In this document: positions 25,979 to 37,417 of the stretch, piece by piece
Layout of the letters: every line of letters starts with the position of its first letter
Position numbering within the stretch: position 1 is the stretch's first letter
Assembly: GCA_002633005.1 (NCBI GenBank)
Contig: NMRA01000339.1
Coordinates: forward strand, 268,685-332,684
DNA from: Phoronis australis
Taxonomy: Eukaryota > Animalia > Phoronida
Reading direction: 5' to 3'
DNA: 64,000 nucleotides
The notes under the pieces: generated by a model
What the model saw: the letters and a program-made list of their open reading frames with translations, nothing else
Databases searched by the model: none
What the model was told of the DNA's origin: nothing
Program-made: the position numbers and the translations under genes

Positions 25979-28900
25979 CTGAAAATAGAAAACACGCTAC
26001 TGAAATCATGAAAAGGCATGAGTCTAAAGTATAGATAAACGAGAATTATCTAACAATTAATGTTACAGCAAAAAGCCAACAGGAAAGACTGCCAGGTGCT
26101 AATGGATACAAGAATTAGGCTTAAATAGATTACGGGACCTTGGCAAAAAAACTGATGTATGTTTGTGTGTGTGTCCACATTGGTGAATCGCAAGAGTCTG
26201 GTATGAAGCTTCTTCACAATAATATTAAGCACTGTTACTAACCAGAGTAGCGATCAAAATCAACTGCCACTGCCACTAATATTTTCTTTTTCAAAAGTGT
26301 TTGGAACCAAACAATTAGTGGAGAACAGAAAAAAAATGTTGCAGAGATTCCACTAGCATGAGAAAGAGTGTTCAGTTTAATTAAAATCCAGGCAGCATTC
26401 CCTAGACCAAGATTCTTGCGAAAAAAGTGAGACATAAGACAATGCAAAATCTCGAGAGTGAAAGGGGAGTGTTACATGAGGATGCTCCAGACCATAATAG
26501 CCATAACTTAGTAAAATATCGGTCATTGAAGTGATTGGTCAGTGAGGTCGAATATCAAATTCAGGGGTACAATTTATAAATGTTATGGGATAGAGTTCGT
26601 TGGGTTCACCACACGTATATGCATGGCTAATGTATTTTGTCCATTAAAGGCTAACTGGGACTGGGAGACCACCACGTTAAAATACATTATGACATTATGA
26701 ACTGACATTCTACCAAAAAGACTATTGATTTAAACACTTTCAAAATACAGGTCACAATAAAATGGCTTGACCTGGCTGGTCATTTCATGCGATGGTTACT
26801 TAATCCTTAATATCATGTTCGGTGCATAAAATGACCAGTCATGTTTAGCTAAATAAAAATAACCAAACAGAATTCCAAAATTACGATGTCTAAGAGCAGT
26901 GATGAACTGTATGTTCTTACCAAGCTCAGACATTCTAGCTACAGTAAGGAGAAAGTGGAAATTAAACTGAACTCAACAATATTTCTGAAATTGTCCATTC
27001 TCTTTTAATACAAGCCCAAAATGATTACCTATCATTCAGTGCTTGAATACACTCACGCATACTAAGTACATATTCCAAATTTACACGCGATGAGCCCTAG
27101 ATTCGAGTAAAATCTCAATATTTTGACTAAAAACTCGGAAGATCTTGAGACTTAAACATATAACTTTAATGCTAGGGTCCTCAAGCGCTCATTCATGTGA
27201 ATCATAATATACTCCAGAAGAGAATAATAGACACTTATCTTGAGTTAGTTCTAATTAAAAGCAGAATTAAAAAATGTTAAAAATAATTTTGAGTTCGATT
27301 TCGAGTAAAAAATTAGACCGCAGGCCCAAGGTTCTATTTCATGAAAAGTGACACTTAAGTCAAGTTGGTTTTACACTCTCACTTTACTGAAAAAAGTTAT
27401 TTGTACATCACAGCTTAGAGAGAATTTTTACAACTTATCTCACAAGTTTGCAGATGTCAGTACATTCTCATTAAAGTGAGATTTAATTATTTTTTTCAGA
27501 AAAATGCTGACTTTGGTCTTAAGTCACTTTTCATGAAACAGGTCCCTGTTTCTCAACTGTGAATGGCATTGAAGCTATTTCTTGACAGAATGCATATTCA
27601 GTTAAAAAAAAGTCAAGTTTTACTGTACAGCATGTTTGCAATCATTTTCTATGGGACTACTTGTAAACCAGCACAGACCATGTGGAACTTATGACTTGTG
27701 TGCACATAGAAATCTTTCCAATCAGTAATCCCAAATTAGGATTCACCTAAGTTCCTGATGTCTATTACATATATAGACTAAATTGTAGAAACACTGATTG
27801 TCCTTTCTTAGGCTGTTTAAGTTTCATTAATAAGTCAAGAAACTTAGTCACGCCCTCATTTTGGACTGTTTCATGCTATCAGGCACAGGGCCACTGCCTC
27901 CTGTTTCCGTCTTAAATGATGAGGTACACCTTCAACTTCCAACACAGACAGGAGTTTTTGTTTAGAAAGTTGTCCAAGTGTCCACCTCTGCCAATTCCAT
28001 GCAACCCAGCACAGTCACTGACATTGACATAGTTGGATTTTTAAACACAAAAAACCTCGAAGTTCTTAATGGCAAGAAGACTATGGTCAAATGATGAGCA
28101 GCTTACAAGGAAGGATTGGAATATGATATTACCTGCAATATTTCTAGCTTAGTCTACATAAAGATGTCACTTTCAATAAGTCCATGGTGCAGTACTGTTG
28201 GAACAGGAGCAACATGCAGCATTGAAATGCACTCACGAATGTCCCACAAAAGGTGTGCTCCTAGGGTTGTTTATTTGTATCATAAAAATGGCCACTAGAT
28301 GGTGCAAAATATGTCGAATCGATCCGAAATCAGGAACATGTCATCGTTTCTTTAATAGAGAGCTATTTAACAAATTTTAGAATAATCTGTAAAGGAACTT
28401 CAGAGAAACAAAAACGGAGAAAAATGAAATTGCCACTAGGGGCATAGCATTTGTTGGATCCGTCTAAATGTCCTCGTCATCTGTTGTTAACTTCATATAA
28501 ATACACTTAATAAAGATTCTGCAGTGGGTTAAGGAGACACAGCTATGGGTGCAAAACAAAACAAAACTGCCACTAAGAGGTGCCAGAGTAGTCGAAGTTG
28601 TCATCATCAACCATCCTCTTCACACTGAGAACATATATGCCAATTTTCAAAATCATACCTTAAAAATGATTTGGTTGATAGAGGGGCCGACAAAACTGAC
28701 ACTACCAGATGCCACAGTAGTCAAGGTCGTGGGAAAGTCATAGTCCGCTGTCCTCTACACATTAAGAACATATATGGCGATTTCAAAAATTATCCATAGA
28801 AAGGTTTGGTTGACAGAGGAGCACATGCCAAAAAACAGACTTGAAAACAGCAAAAATAGTCACCAGGCGGTGCAAAATACCTCAAATCCATCCAAAAACG

Positions 28901-31900
28901 GGAGGATAGCGCGAAAGTTTGCTCATGTCGTCCCATCCATGAAAGAAACATGTGTAAAATTTCATGAACATACGTCACAGGGTTTTGGACTTAAAGCAGC
29001 AGACACTGGACGGACGCCAAATGAACATGGATGACGGCATAATGCGTCCACATATAAACATGTGGGCACATAAAAATGAACATCTCGGCAAAGTTGTGTA
29101 ACCTTCTGCTTCGTGAAATTGGACACGAATCGTGACGAGAAGGAATTTTGTGGAAACCAAGTGTTCTCAGTATTCACCGGGCTCTACAAAGTGTGCTTAG
29201 TACTCGCGAGACTCTACAAAGTCTGCTCAGTACTCGCGAGACTCTACAAAGTGTGCTCAGTACTCGCGAGACTCTACAAAGTGTGCTCAGTACTCACGGG
29301 GCTCTACAAAGTCCTCTGGGTGAAGCCTGATGTAATCCTGGATGACCAATTCATGAAGCTTGTTCTTTCTGTCCACGTATTTACCCAACTGCGTTCCCAG
29401 AAGAAAACCTCCGACTCCCATGATGGCATGCCAGTGGATAGCTGAGGAATAAAGCCAAGACAACTCTAAACTGGTACAAGCGCGAGGACTAGAGGAAACT
29501 CAGGGTGTCCAAATGAGACATTGAAACTGATCTAGGTAGTCGGTTGAAAATCTGAGAACCAATGACACTTCGAAATACAGTGTACATGCACAAGACACAT
29601 GCACAGCATTGCATACATATACTGCGGTTGGAAGTTTTGACCACAATGCAACTTTTCAATCAACTTTAAAGTCCTCCGCTCAAGCAAATACAAATCAAGT
29701 TAGTAACCAGTGGTAAATCATCCTGATGGCATACTTATTGATCTCCATTCAGTGCCCCATGTTACCATGTACAAAGGCAAACTCATAATATTTAAAAATC
29801 CAAAACCAAATGATTTCAATCCAAAACATTAACAAAAACAGACGTTTTTAAAGATGACACTGCGTGGGACTTTAATCTAAACAGTGCTCATACTTCTATC
29901 AAAGAGACTCTTATAGCTTATGTGCAAGCCTTCAACATAATCACATGAATAAATTTTAAACACTCCACATGGCACAACTGTCACATGTCAGACAATTTCG
30001 GAGGTGGCATATCACAGGCAAAATGAAAGATCGAAAACATTTGAGAAATCCCATTTACGATAAATGAACACTATGTGAAAGTTTCTTTTCAGTTTACACC
30101 ATGTAGTACCGTAATAAATTGTTCTCAACCTTTCAAAACTCGTGCTTGTTTCTTCTTTAGGAGTGAAGAAACAAGCATGAGTTTTGAAACATAGAGAACA
30201 ATTTATTACTACCTGGAGTAAACCGAAAAGAAACTTTCACTTACTTAGTCACCATGAAACAACTTAGGATTTATTTAAATAAACACTGCTTGACACCTTT
30301 GACAATGATTCAAATATTCTGTTAGAATCAATCAATTTCATTTCAATTTCCTTGGCAATGTCTTTACCAACTGGTTGTTGACGAACTACCTAACCTGATC
30401 CTACCTCTTTTTCCCTCACAGTGCAAAAAGTACACAACCTAAGTCAAGTGTGGCATCTCAGTTACACTATTGAATGATAATTTCCATGCAACCTAAACAT
30501 GACTACATGTCCTCACTATAAGATGCAGTAGTCTAGTTTTATCTTCTTTGCATATAACACCTTACGCAAACCCTTCACAGGACATGGAGCCATTCACTAA
30601 TGGTTCATAGCGTGAGGGCCAGTCTTTCAACTCCTCCTGGTAACTTCCCAATCAAGGTTGTACTCATTTTAAGCAATGAAGCTGACTGGAACAATGCAGT
30701 TTCAGTGCTTCACTCAAGGACACAATCAATAAATCGTGAGACACTTATTAGAGGATTCCACTGAACGAAAATTTAAGGAAATGTAAGTACCGTTAATTCA
30801 AATGAGTTGATTTGCAAGATATGAGAAAAAAATCGTGTCCATGAGTTTGACGAATAGGGTCTTGTCGTTGTCCTTGAAGTTACTTTGTGTGGACATAGAA
30901 ATTCAGAAACTAACACCAAAATCAACGCTGAAATTTGCATCAGTCAATAAACAGTGAACAGAACTGACAAAGGTGTCCTCTCTCTCAACAATATTCAATG
31001 GCTTGATTTGTCTTAACTGAGAAAATTGGGAAATGAAATAAGATTGTTTTTATTTGTCAATCCTAGCATCATAAGATTTTTTAAAGGCCAAACTCATAAG
31101 GGGTTATTCAGACACCATTTACATGTACATGGTAAACTGAATCATTGCATTGATTAGCTAAGTTGCTGTTAGTACTGAAACACACTTTGATTACAACACC
31201 AATTCACATTGGCCTTTAAGAAAGGGTGATGTGTAGTCACATCCAGTGAAGGCGTGGTGTGCAGGTATGGCTTTGGTAAGTCTATCTTTGCATTTTTCAA
31301 GTACGTTTACAGTGTTAAACATGTCAATGAATCTGCTCTTTCCCATTTCACACAGTAGGCAGAAGCATTCCACCACTTCAGTTGTCTGGCAAGTAATAGT
31401 TGTCACATGTGGACTGATGTGGAACACAGTCCTATGTTTCAACCGGTTACCTGGTGGGTTCATCCAGATCAAATGTGGTCTGGGCATGTCTGGCATCGTT
31501 AACTTACACGTACCACTGATTTGTCTGGCAGTGCTCTTTGGTGATTCATGGGGATATTTTGAATATTTTGCAACCAATTTGATGCGGTTACCTCTTGGGT
31601 TGATTTAGCTCAATTTTGTAACCCCATTATTTTGATCTGGCAGGGGAAACCATCCGCCGCGTCGAATTATGCTCTAGCAATATTATACAGTTGGTTTCAA
31701 CCAGTTACTTGGTGGGTTGGGCCAATTCACCTCAAGACATTTAGGTGTGCCTGGTGAATAACAATGTGACTTTGATTTTTCAGCCAGCACGAGGCATAAT
31801 TCGCCGAAAAGCTTCCAGCGTATGAAGCGCCTATGGAGGAGCTACATCGTCCCTACTGGCACCTCGTATCCGAATACGGCATAGGTCGAATAGGTAAAAG

Positions 31901-32432
31901 TAGTCGGATATAGTGGTCCCTGATTTAGAGAACCAGTTTCATCCACTAAGTAATGGGCCCATTATTTAGTCACTGCCTGGTTCTCTATATCCGACCAGTG
32001 TCTCCGACTATTCAGTCTCAGTTTTGCACCAAGCCAAGGCTATTTTAGTATTTATTTCAACGACGCCTTCTCCCTTTCATCACATGAACCAACACAACTC
32101 ATGCCATAGACAAAGTCTTACATACAGTGTTGTATTTATGCTGGGGAAAAGACTATGTCTCCCTGTTTTTTTTTTCTGTCTTGAATCTCGGAAAGCTAGT
32201 ACAAAGCAAGGGACAAGGCACGCCTGGCCTGGCCGCCAGAGCCATGGAGAATGAGTTTCAATAAAATTATTGGGTTATTAACGACATATTTACCTGCCAT
32301 CAATGGCCGCTGAGCTATCCAATTTCTGAGGAAGACTGATGCCAAACCAATCCCTGTCCATCCAACCTGGTGCCGCATAACAGCGGAAGGATAGGGATAT
32401 TTGTTCTGCAAGGTCGTTTCTTCGCTCTCCAT
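25929..32432 (-). CDS. NDUFC2: NADH:ubiquinone oxidoreductase subunit C2 (B14.5b), 3 exons, 110 aa
   Basis: Exons 32432-32294, 29441-29298 and 25978-25929 (139+144+50 nt, phase-1 introns) splice to MESEETT...FLRNWIAQRPLMAAIHWHAIMGVGGFLLG...QDYIRLHPEDFVEPPRRKFKELLNSWDPIR*. The Y..LHPEDF and PIR* C-terminus are characteristic of NDUFC2. Confidence 0.93.
27328..27548. mobile_element. MITE with tttcatgaaaa-type TIRs
   Basis: ttctatttcatgaaaagtgac..ttaag is inverted against cttaagtcactttttcatgaaacagg. Confidence 0.6.
28280..29077 (+). mobile_element. HINE/DINE-1-like (Helentron-associated) repeat with ~130-160-bp internal subunits and a 3' hairpin
   Basis: Five subunits start at about 28291, 28432, 28569, 28698 and 28859; then ggacggacg, hairpin atgcgtccacat-ataaac-atgtgggcacat (29042-29071) and an A-run. 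Confidence 0.6.
29161..29310. repeat. 30-bp minisatellite x5 spanning the NDUFC2 exon-2 donor site
   Basis: Unit gtgtgctcagtactcgcgagactctacaaa. Confidence 0.95.
29298..29441 (-). CDS. NDUFC2: NDUFC2 exon 2
   Basis: ttcctcag acceptor; DYIRLHPEDF; donor gtgagt. Confidence 0.93.
30075..30240. repeat. Near-perfect ~165-bp palindrome (foldback/MITE)
   Basis: gtgaaagtttcttttc...gcttgtttcttc / gaagaaacaagc...gaaaagaaactttcac. Confidence 0.85.
30650..30726 (-). mobile_element. Probable SINE core fragment
   Basis: Minus strand ttgtgtccttgagtgaagcactgaaactgcattgttccagtc...aaaatgagtac resembles a CORE-type SINE body. Confidence 0.4.
31200..31760 (-). mobile_element. Academ-like transposon relic (XPG/H3TH-like fragment plus subterminal repeat)
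   Basis: KAIPAHHAFTGCDYTSPFLKG peptide; 31560-31760 is the reverse complement of 36208-36430. Confidence 0.6.
32294..32432 (-). CDS. NDUFC2: NDUFC2 exon 1
   Basis: aagATGg start; N...RPL motif; donor G|gtaaat. Confidence 0.88.
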
Positions 32433-32535
32433 CTTGACTGGACGAACAGACAGGAACTGTGCCTCATGGCGCCCTCTATCGATCTACAGATCGCTCTTAC
32501 GTAACTCGATTCATGACTATTTTCGGGATTACTGA

Positions 32536-32672
32536 AAACAACACGAAGACTAAAATTGTTGTTTTATTTTCCAGAGAAAAAATAAGAAATGCTCCCAGTT
32601 TTTACTACGGTTCAGAATCCAAGGATGTCTATGACGATTACGTTTATCTAAAAACAACATTTAATTACAGTG
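32536..32672 (+). mobile_element. LINE reverse-transcriptase C-terminal fragment (degenerate)
   Basis: NTKTKIVVLFSREKIRNAPSFYYG...DDYVYL..TFNY resembles the KTK.VF....F.Y.....V..Y.YLG end of a non-LTR RT. Confidence 0.55.
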
Positions 32673-33365
32673 CCACTTACACCCTTTAGCTTCACTGGAC
32701 GTCACGGTTATAGTGACAAAATACTTTTACAAAATTCCGGTTTAGAAAGAACAGTATTCCGGTTGCAAGATTCATGTACTACACTACAGATTTTTTGTCC
32801 ATTGTGCGATTTGCACGAATTCGGTGATAACTATTTGTGAAGACAATTTTTTGAAAACCTAGATATTTCTTTGACCAATTGTTCGGAAGTAGCCTATTTT
32901 AGTGCCAACAGAGGAACTATTTAAAAATAGTTCCTCTGTTGGTTTCTTTAATAAAGTTTGTAAATTCATCGCTCATGTTATGTCTGACTTTAAGCACTTT
33001 GCCACTATTGGCACTGAGTGAAAACAAGTTGCGTTATTACAAATGTTGTTACTAGATCTGTGTATTAGATAAAAAGCCTTGTATATTATATTAACAGTTT
33101 AGTAGAATTCTGACCATATCATATAACGTTTATAAATAATTTTGTTAGAAAGTTTTTTATTAAGTTACGTGTAAGTGTAACGTCTCGGTCTTGCCTTTCT
33201 ATGCTTGTAATTGTATTTAGTTATTTTTTTTTGTTTGTAGCCGGTTATGATAAACCCACGATAACGTTTTATATTTGTCACAGCTGAAATAGGGGTCGTT
33301 ACGGAATAATGATCACTCACTCTCTCGTCTAAATTAAGACAATGCGGTCTCTGATTGTATGGAAC

Positions 33366-33530
33366 CGGTGGCGGATTTAAGGGGGGGGGGTTCTAGGAGG
33401 CCATGCCTCCACCCCAAAAAAAAATTCTCCCAGATTCCATTTGGCAGTTCGGGGGTGCGAATGTCTGACGGGCACTGAAATCCTGCCTAGCTACCCTGCT
33501 CCCCAACTCAAAATACTGAATCCGCCCCTT
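33366..33530. mobile_element. MITE of the cagtggcggat family (inverted homologue of 53340-53498)
   Basis: TIR-like ends; internal ccatttggcagttcgg.ggtgcga.tgtctgacgggc is shared with the 53340 copy. Confidence 0.8.
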
Positions 33531-35989
33531 CACTTGAGTCGGTGGCCCGCGAAAGTCAGTCGGCTGGCAGATCACAAGACAAAAAAACTCAGACCCGATA
33601 CATCAATTCATACATCTTAGCCATTTCGCGTCTACGCGGGGCCGAAAGCATCTTAAACCACGGGACTTATCTTCAGTTATTTCAATATTCCTTGAGGCAA
33701 TTAGACTTCTCGAAACTTATCCGGGCAGCCGCCGGGTATAATTACAATACTGAACTTGAAAACTGAAGTCACGTTAGGAAACGGGACCGTTCGGTGGGGG
33801 TCTTGCAGCTGGACAAAAAAAAAAACAGCGGCACAACCGGCATGTGTTCAGTAACGCTAGGACCTAGCCAAAATCTAGCTAAAGTCACGTGTTCCCACTT
33901 CAAATACACGGCAATGTCTCCCATAATATCGCGATGTCTTGCTTTTTAACGAAGTCCAAGCGTTACTGAACGGGAGGCCGGTGTCGCTGTCCGCCTTTGA
34001 CCGATGATTCGGCGTGGTAAGTAATTGGAGTTTGAGAAGTGTCATCGGACAAAACGATTGGCCTTTCATTCATTGATATTAAACATTACAGCGTTCTGCC
34101 ATTCAGTAACTTTTCCAGACGTGAGGGGCGCTGAACGTGCCATAACATCTGGCTCTTTTGTTAACTGCCCAGTTCAGTCTTTTGTCCCGTATAACAAGCA
34201 GGCCAATTATCTCCCAGGCTTCAAAGGAAACGTATGGAGGTTGCACGCTATTACCGAAAGCGTGTGAACACAGTAAAACCCAGTGCCCGTCCGTTTAGAC
34301 AGAATAGATTGTCTTAACTTCTGTTGTAGTCGGGCGATTTTGGTGATTCAAAAACGGAACATGATCAGCATTTGACGAGGAATTCAGAAACTCTATTGGA
34401 TTAAGCTCGAAATATGTTATAACTTTCATTTTTATCAGCCCAGCCCAGTCAGCCCATAGATATGATCTGATGGGAGCTTAGAGCACTGAATTATCGAACA
34501 AAAGAGCGCAGGCCCTCCAACCATAAATGCCAGAATGGACTTAATCAGTCGTTTAAGATATTGGCTACGGGGGTAAACTTCCCAACTTGTGGTTGGGCTA
34601 TACTATAGAATCGAACAAATTGGGAGCAACGGGATGTCGCTGTCATGAACCAAGTATGATATAAAACTGTCAGCCTCAACGAGTAGCGGAGAACCGGGTC
34701 TAGACAACGAGCGTCCCCGTGTTGACCGTGACGGTCCATAAATAACAGAAAATAAGCGATTGACAACGAGCGAGGTCTCACACGTTTACCGTTCAAACTG
34801 CACCGCTCTAGCTATAACTATAGCCCGCCTTCTGTGACAAAGACTAATTTTGCATTACCTACCGTTATGAACATGGTTTCAGTGCTCGGTCAGGCAAATT
34901 CCGTAGAGGCATTTTTGGTCAAGGATTTCAAAGAGTGGAACCTCGCCGTTGATTGCATCAGATATGAATGATCAACAAAATTCTGAAACCCATTTTCCTG
35001 ATTTATTTTGTACATACTGTATGGGAGACACACTGCACACGAACACTATGAGTTAAGGTAGGCCTATTCAATATGAACATAAAACAACAAAAAGGTGCAA
35101 AGCAACAATTAAAGAACATCGAACACAGTACTGGCAGAAGTAATTATCACATTTAAAATGTCCAAAACACTGAGAAATTGTAATAGGTCAATTCACTTAG
35201 ACTTTCATTTTCACCGGGTGTTCGTCGGCACGACCAAGTCCTATGACGACAGTGCTGCACCTACACACGGGGATACAATGTTAGGCCTACAGGTTTAGGA
35301 GCAAACGTTTATCGTGAACAAGAACAGGTGATTTAAATTTGCTATAAATGCTACAGACTATTTCACTTACCTGATAGCCAACGAAAGGCTTCTGCATAAC
35401 AGACGAAACCACTTTATTCAAAAGGGGCGAGGTACCCGCTATATTGCCAACATGATAAACATTTGACAACAGGTTTATTTAATTCTGAAATGTTTAGCAT
35501 GTATCGAAGCCGGTAGTTTGAGTGACATAGCCGGTTTTTGGATTATGAACTATAAGAGCGATTTTTCATACCTATTCAAGCTCAGTAGTGAGACACTGAG
35601 TAATGAAAATCCAATAATTGTAAGAAACAAGTGTACACTAGAAATAATATCTACTGCCACGCGTTTCTTACATATTTTTAGGCGTTTTCACGCATGCAAC
35701 CTGTTTAAATTTTCAGATGTGCAACCTCCGACGTGGGTTTCTTGTAACACATGACACAACTGACTCGGACGTCAAGTGACACTCACTTTGATCGTTACAA
35801 CCATTTAATTGAAAACAACATAATGAACATTTTTTGCAAAACTGAGACCGTGGTTGAAGAGGTTTTGGGCATGAAAAGGTAACCAATTTTCTTTGATACT
35901 GATCAGTCATCCGTAGGTATCTCAGTGCTAGGAAATGGCCATCTGACAGGTTCGTTGTGATACTTGTGGTCAGGGGAGGCATGAGAATA

Positions 35990-36432
35990 GCGCTAAAAAT
36001 TGAGCCAGTTTTTTTTAATTCGCTGTATCAAAATTATCCACTGCCAGACAATTTCCTGAGTGATGAGAACCATCAGCTAGACGGCTATAGCTGAGGCCAA
36101 AAATTGAGCTAGATCAACCCAAGAGGGCACCGCATGAAACGGTTACAAATTATTCAACATAGATCACTGTATCATGAACACCGACAGACAAACTTGGTGG
36201 ATTACCCTAGCCAGGCACGCGTCCAAATATCCCAGTTGAGCTAGCCCAACCCACACGGTAACCGGTTGAAACTAACTGTGTGATATCCAGCATCATTCCC
36301 CGCGGTGCAGCAGTTAAATACCAGACAACATCAGACGTGGGGTGCCCCTGCCATATCAAAATAATGGAGTCCCAAAATTGAGCCAGATCAAAGTCAAGAG
36401 GTAACTGCATCAAATTGGCTGCAAAATATTTA
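35990..36432 (+). mobile_element. Subterminal repeats of the Academ-like element (aaaattgagc.agatcaa x3; TAG terminus at 36208)
   Basis: Inverted homology to 31560-31760; internal repeats at about 35995, 36099 and 36372. Confidence 0.55.
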
Positions 36433-37239
36433 ACAATGTTAGTATAAATTGTACTACACGAATGCTGTAAAAAGGATAGCCTGACGTCAAGATTATGTTT
36501 TAGTTTACAGACCTTCACAGACCTGCACCGACTCATTTACGGGTAGATAAGAGTGGGATGCACGTGTTCTTAGTCGTCTTTGGCACGAAATGAAAGTGCA
36601 CTGTTGTGCATGCGTAAACTTGTAATCCTGCTTCATCTCAAGATCGCGTATGCGTGAACTAATACATGAGGAAAATTGACCAGTTCACTCAAATAATCAC
36701 GTTCGCTGATTCACTACAATCCCATTCGCCGAAATCGTAGACACCCCTCCGATCACAAATCCATGCACATGGTATATAACACCTGGTTTGTCTAAGCCAT
36801 GGAACGTAAGTGTTCAATACTTAACTTGAAAAGGTGCCGAATGCTACGCCGACATGGTGCTCTGAGTGGTTACAGCGCGCTACAGTGCACCGAAGTCTCA
36901 CTACTCAAAAAACCACAGCTCCGAAGGCCCAATACTCAGAACATAAACGATACTCCCAAATCGCAGTCCGATAAAACACTAGTTCGACTCCTCTTCTTAT
37001 GGTACTATTTCATTTGGTCAAGTGAACTTCAAAAAGATACTATACAAGAGTCAGGGTTTAATGTAAAGACAATGGAAACAGCGGAAAAATGTTTTGGACG
37101 TTAGTGTCCAAATTTTAGTTTTCTGTTCTGCCATTTTGATACTAAGTAACAAATTAATAACCCATTCGTAAAATAGGGAGAAAATTTAAGAAGTTCGAGT
37201 AAAAACTTCAAAAATATATAAAAACATTTTGTAGGAATA

Positions 37240-37340
37240 GGGAATTTCGGAGTAGTGGGCTTTCGGAGGAATGGGCCTTCGGAGTAGTGTTTTTTTCGGA
37301 GTAGTGGGTTTTCGGAGTAGTGAGCATTCGAAGTAGTAAC
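37240..37340. repeat. ~19-bp tandem repeat (ttcggagtagtggg) x6
   Basis: Directly visible; related to the ttcggactat/atagtccgaag units at 13868-13945 and 16270-16295. Confidence 0.8.
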
Positions 37341-37417
37341 TCCGTGACCTGTTACAGTTTTGAGTACACTAACAGTTGCGTCAACCGTCCAGATTTGAAC
37401 TTACGACGCCAATCGAT

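Noticed and set aside
29113-29445. Plus-strand repetitive ORFs (LYKVCSVLAR)n, or a CRISPR-like array
   Set aside because: Head-to-tail 30-bp minisatellite with no spacers; the ORFs are antisense shadows of NDUFC2 exon 2 and the repeat.
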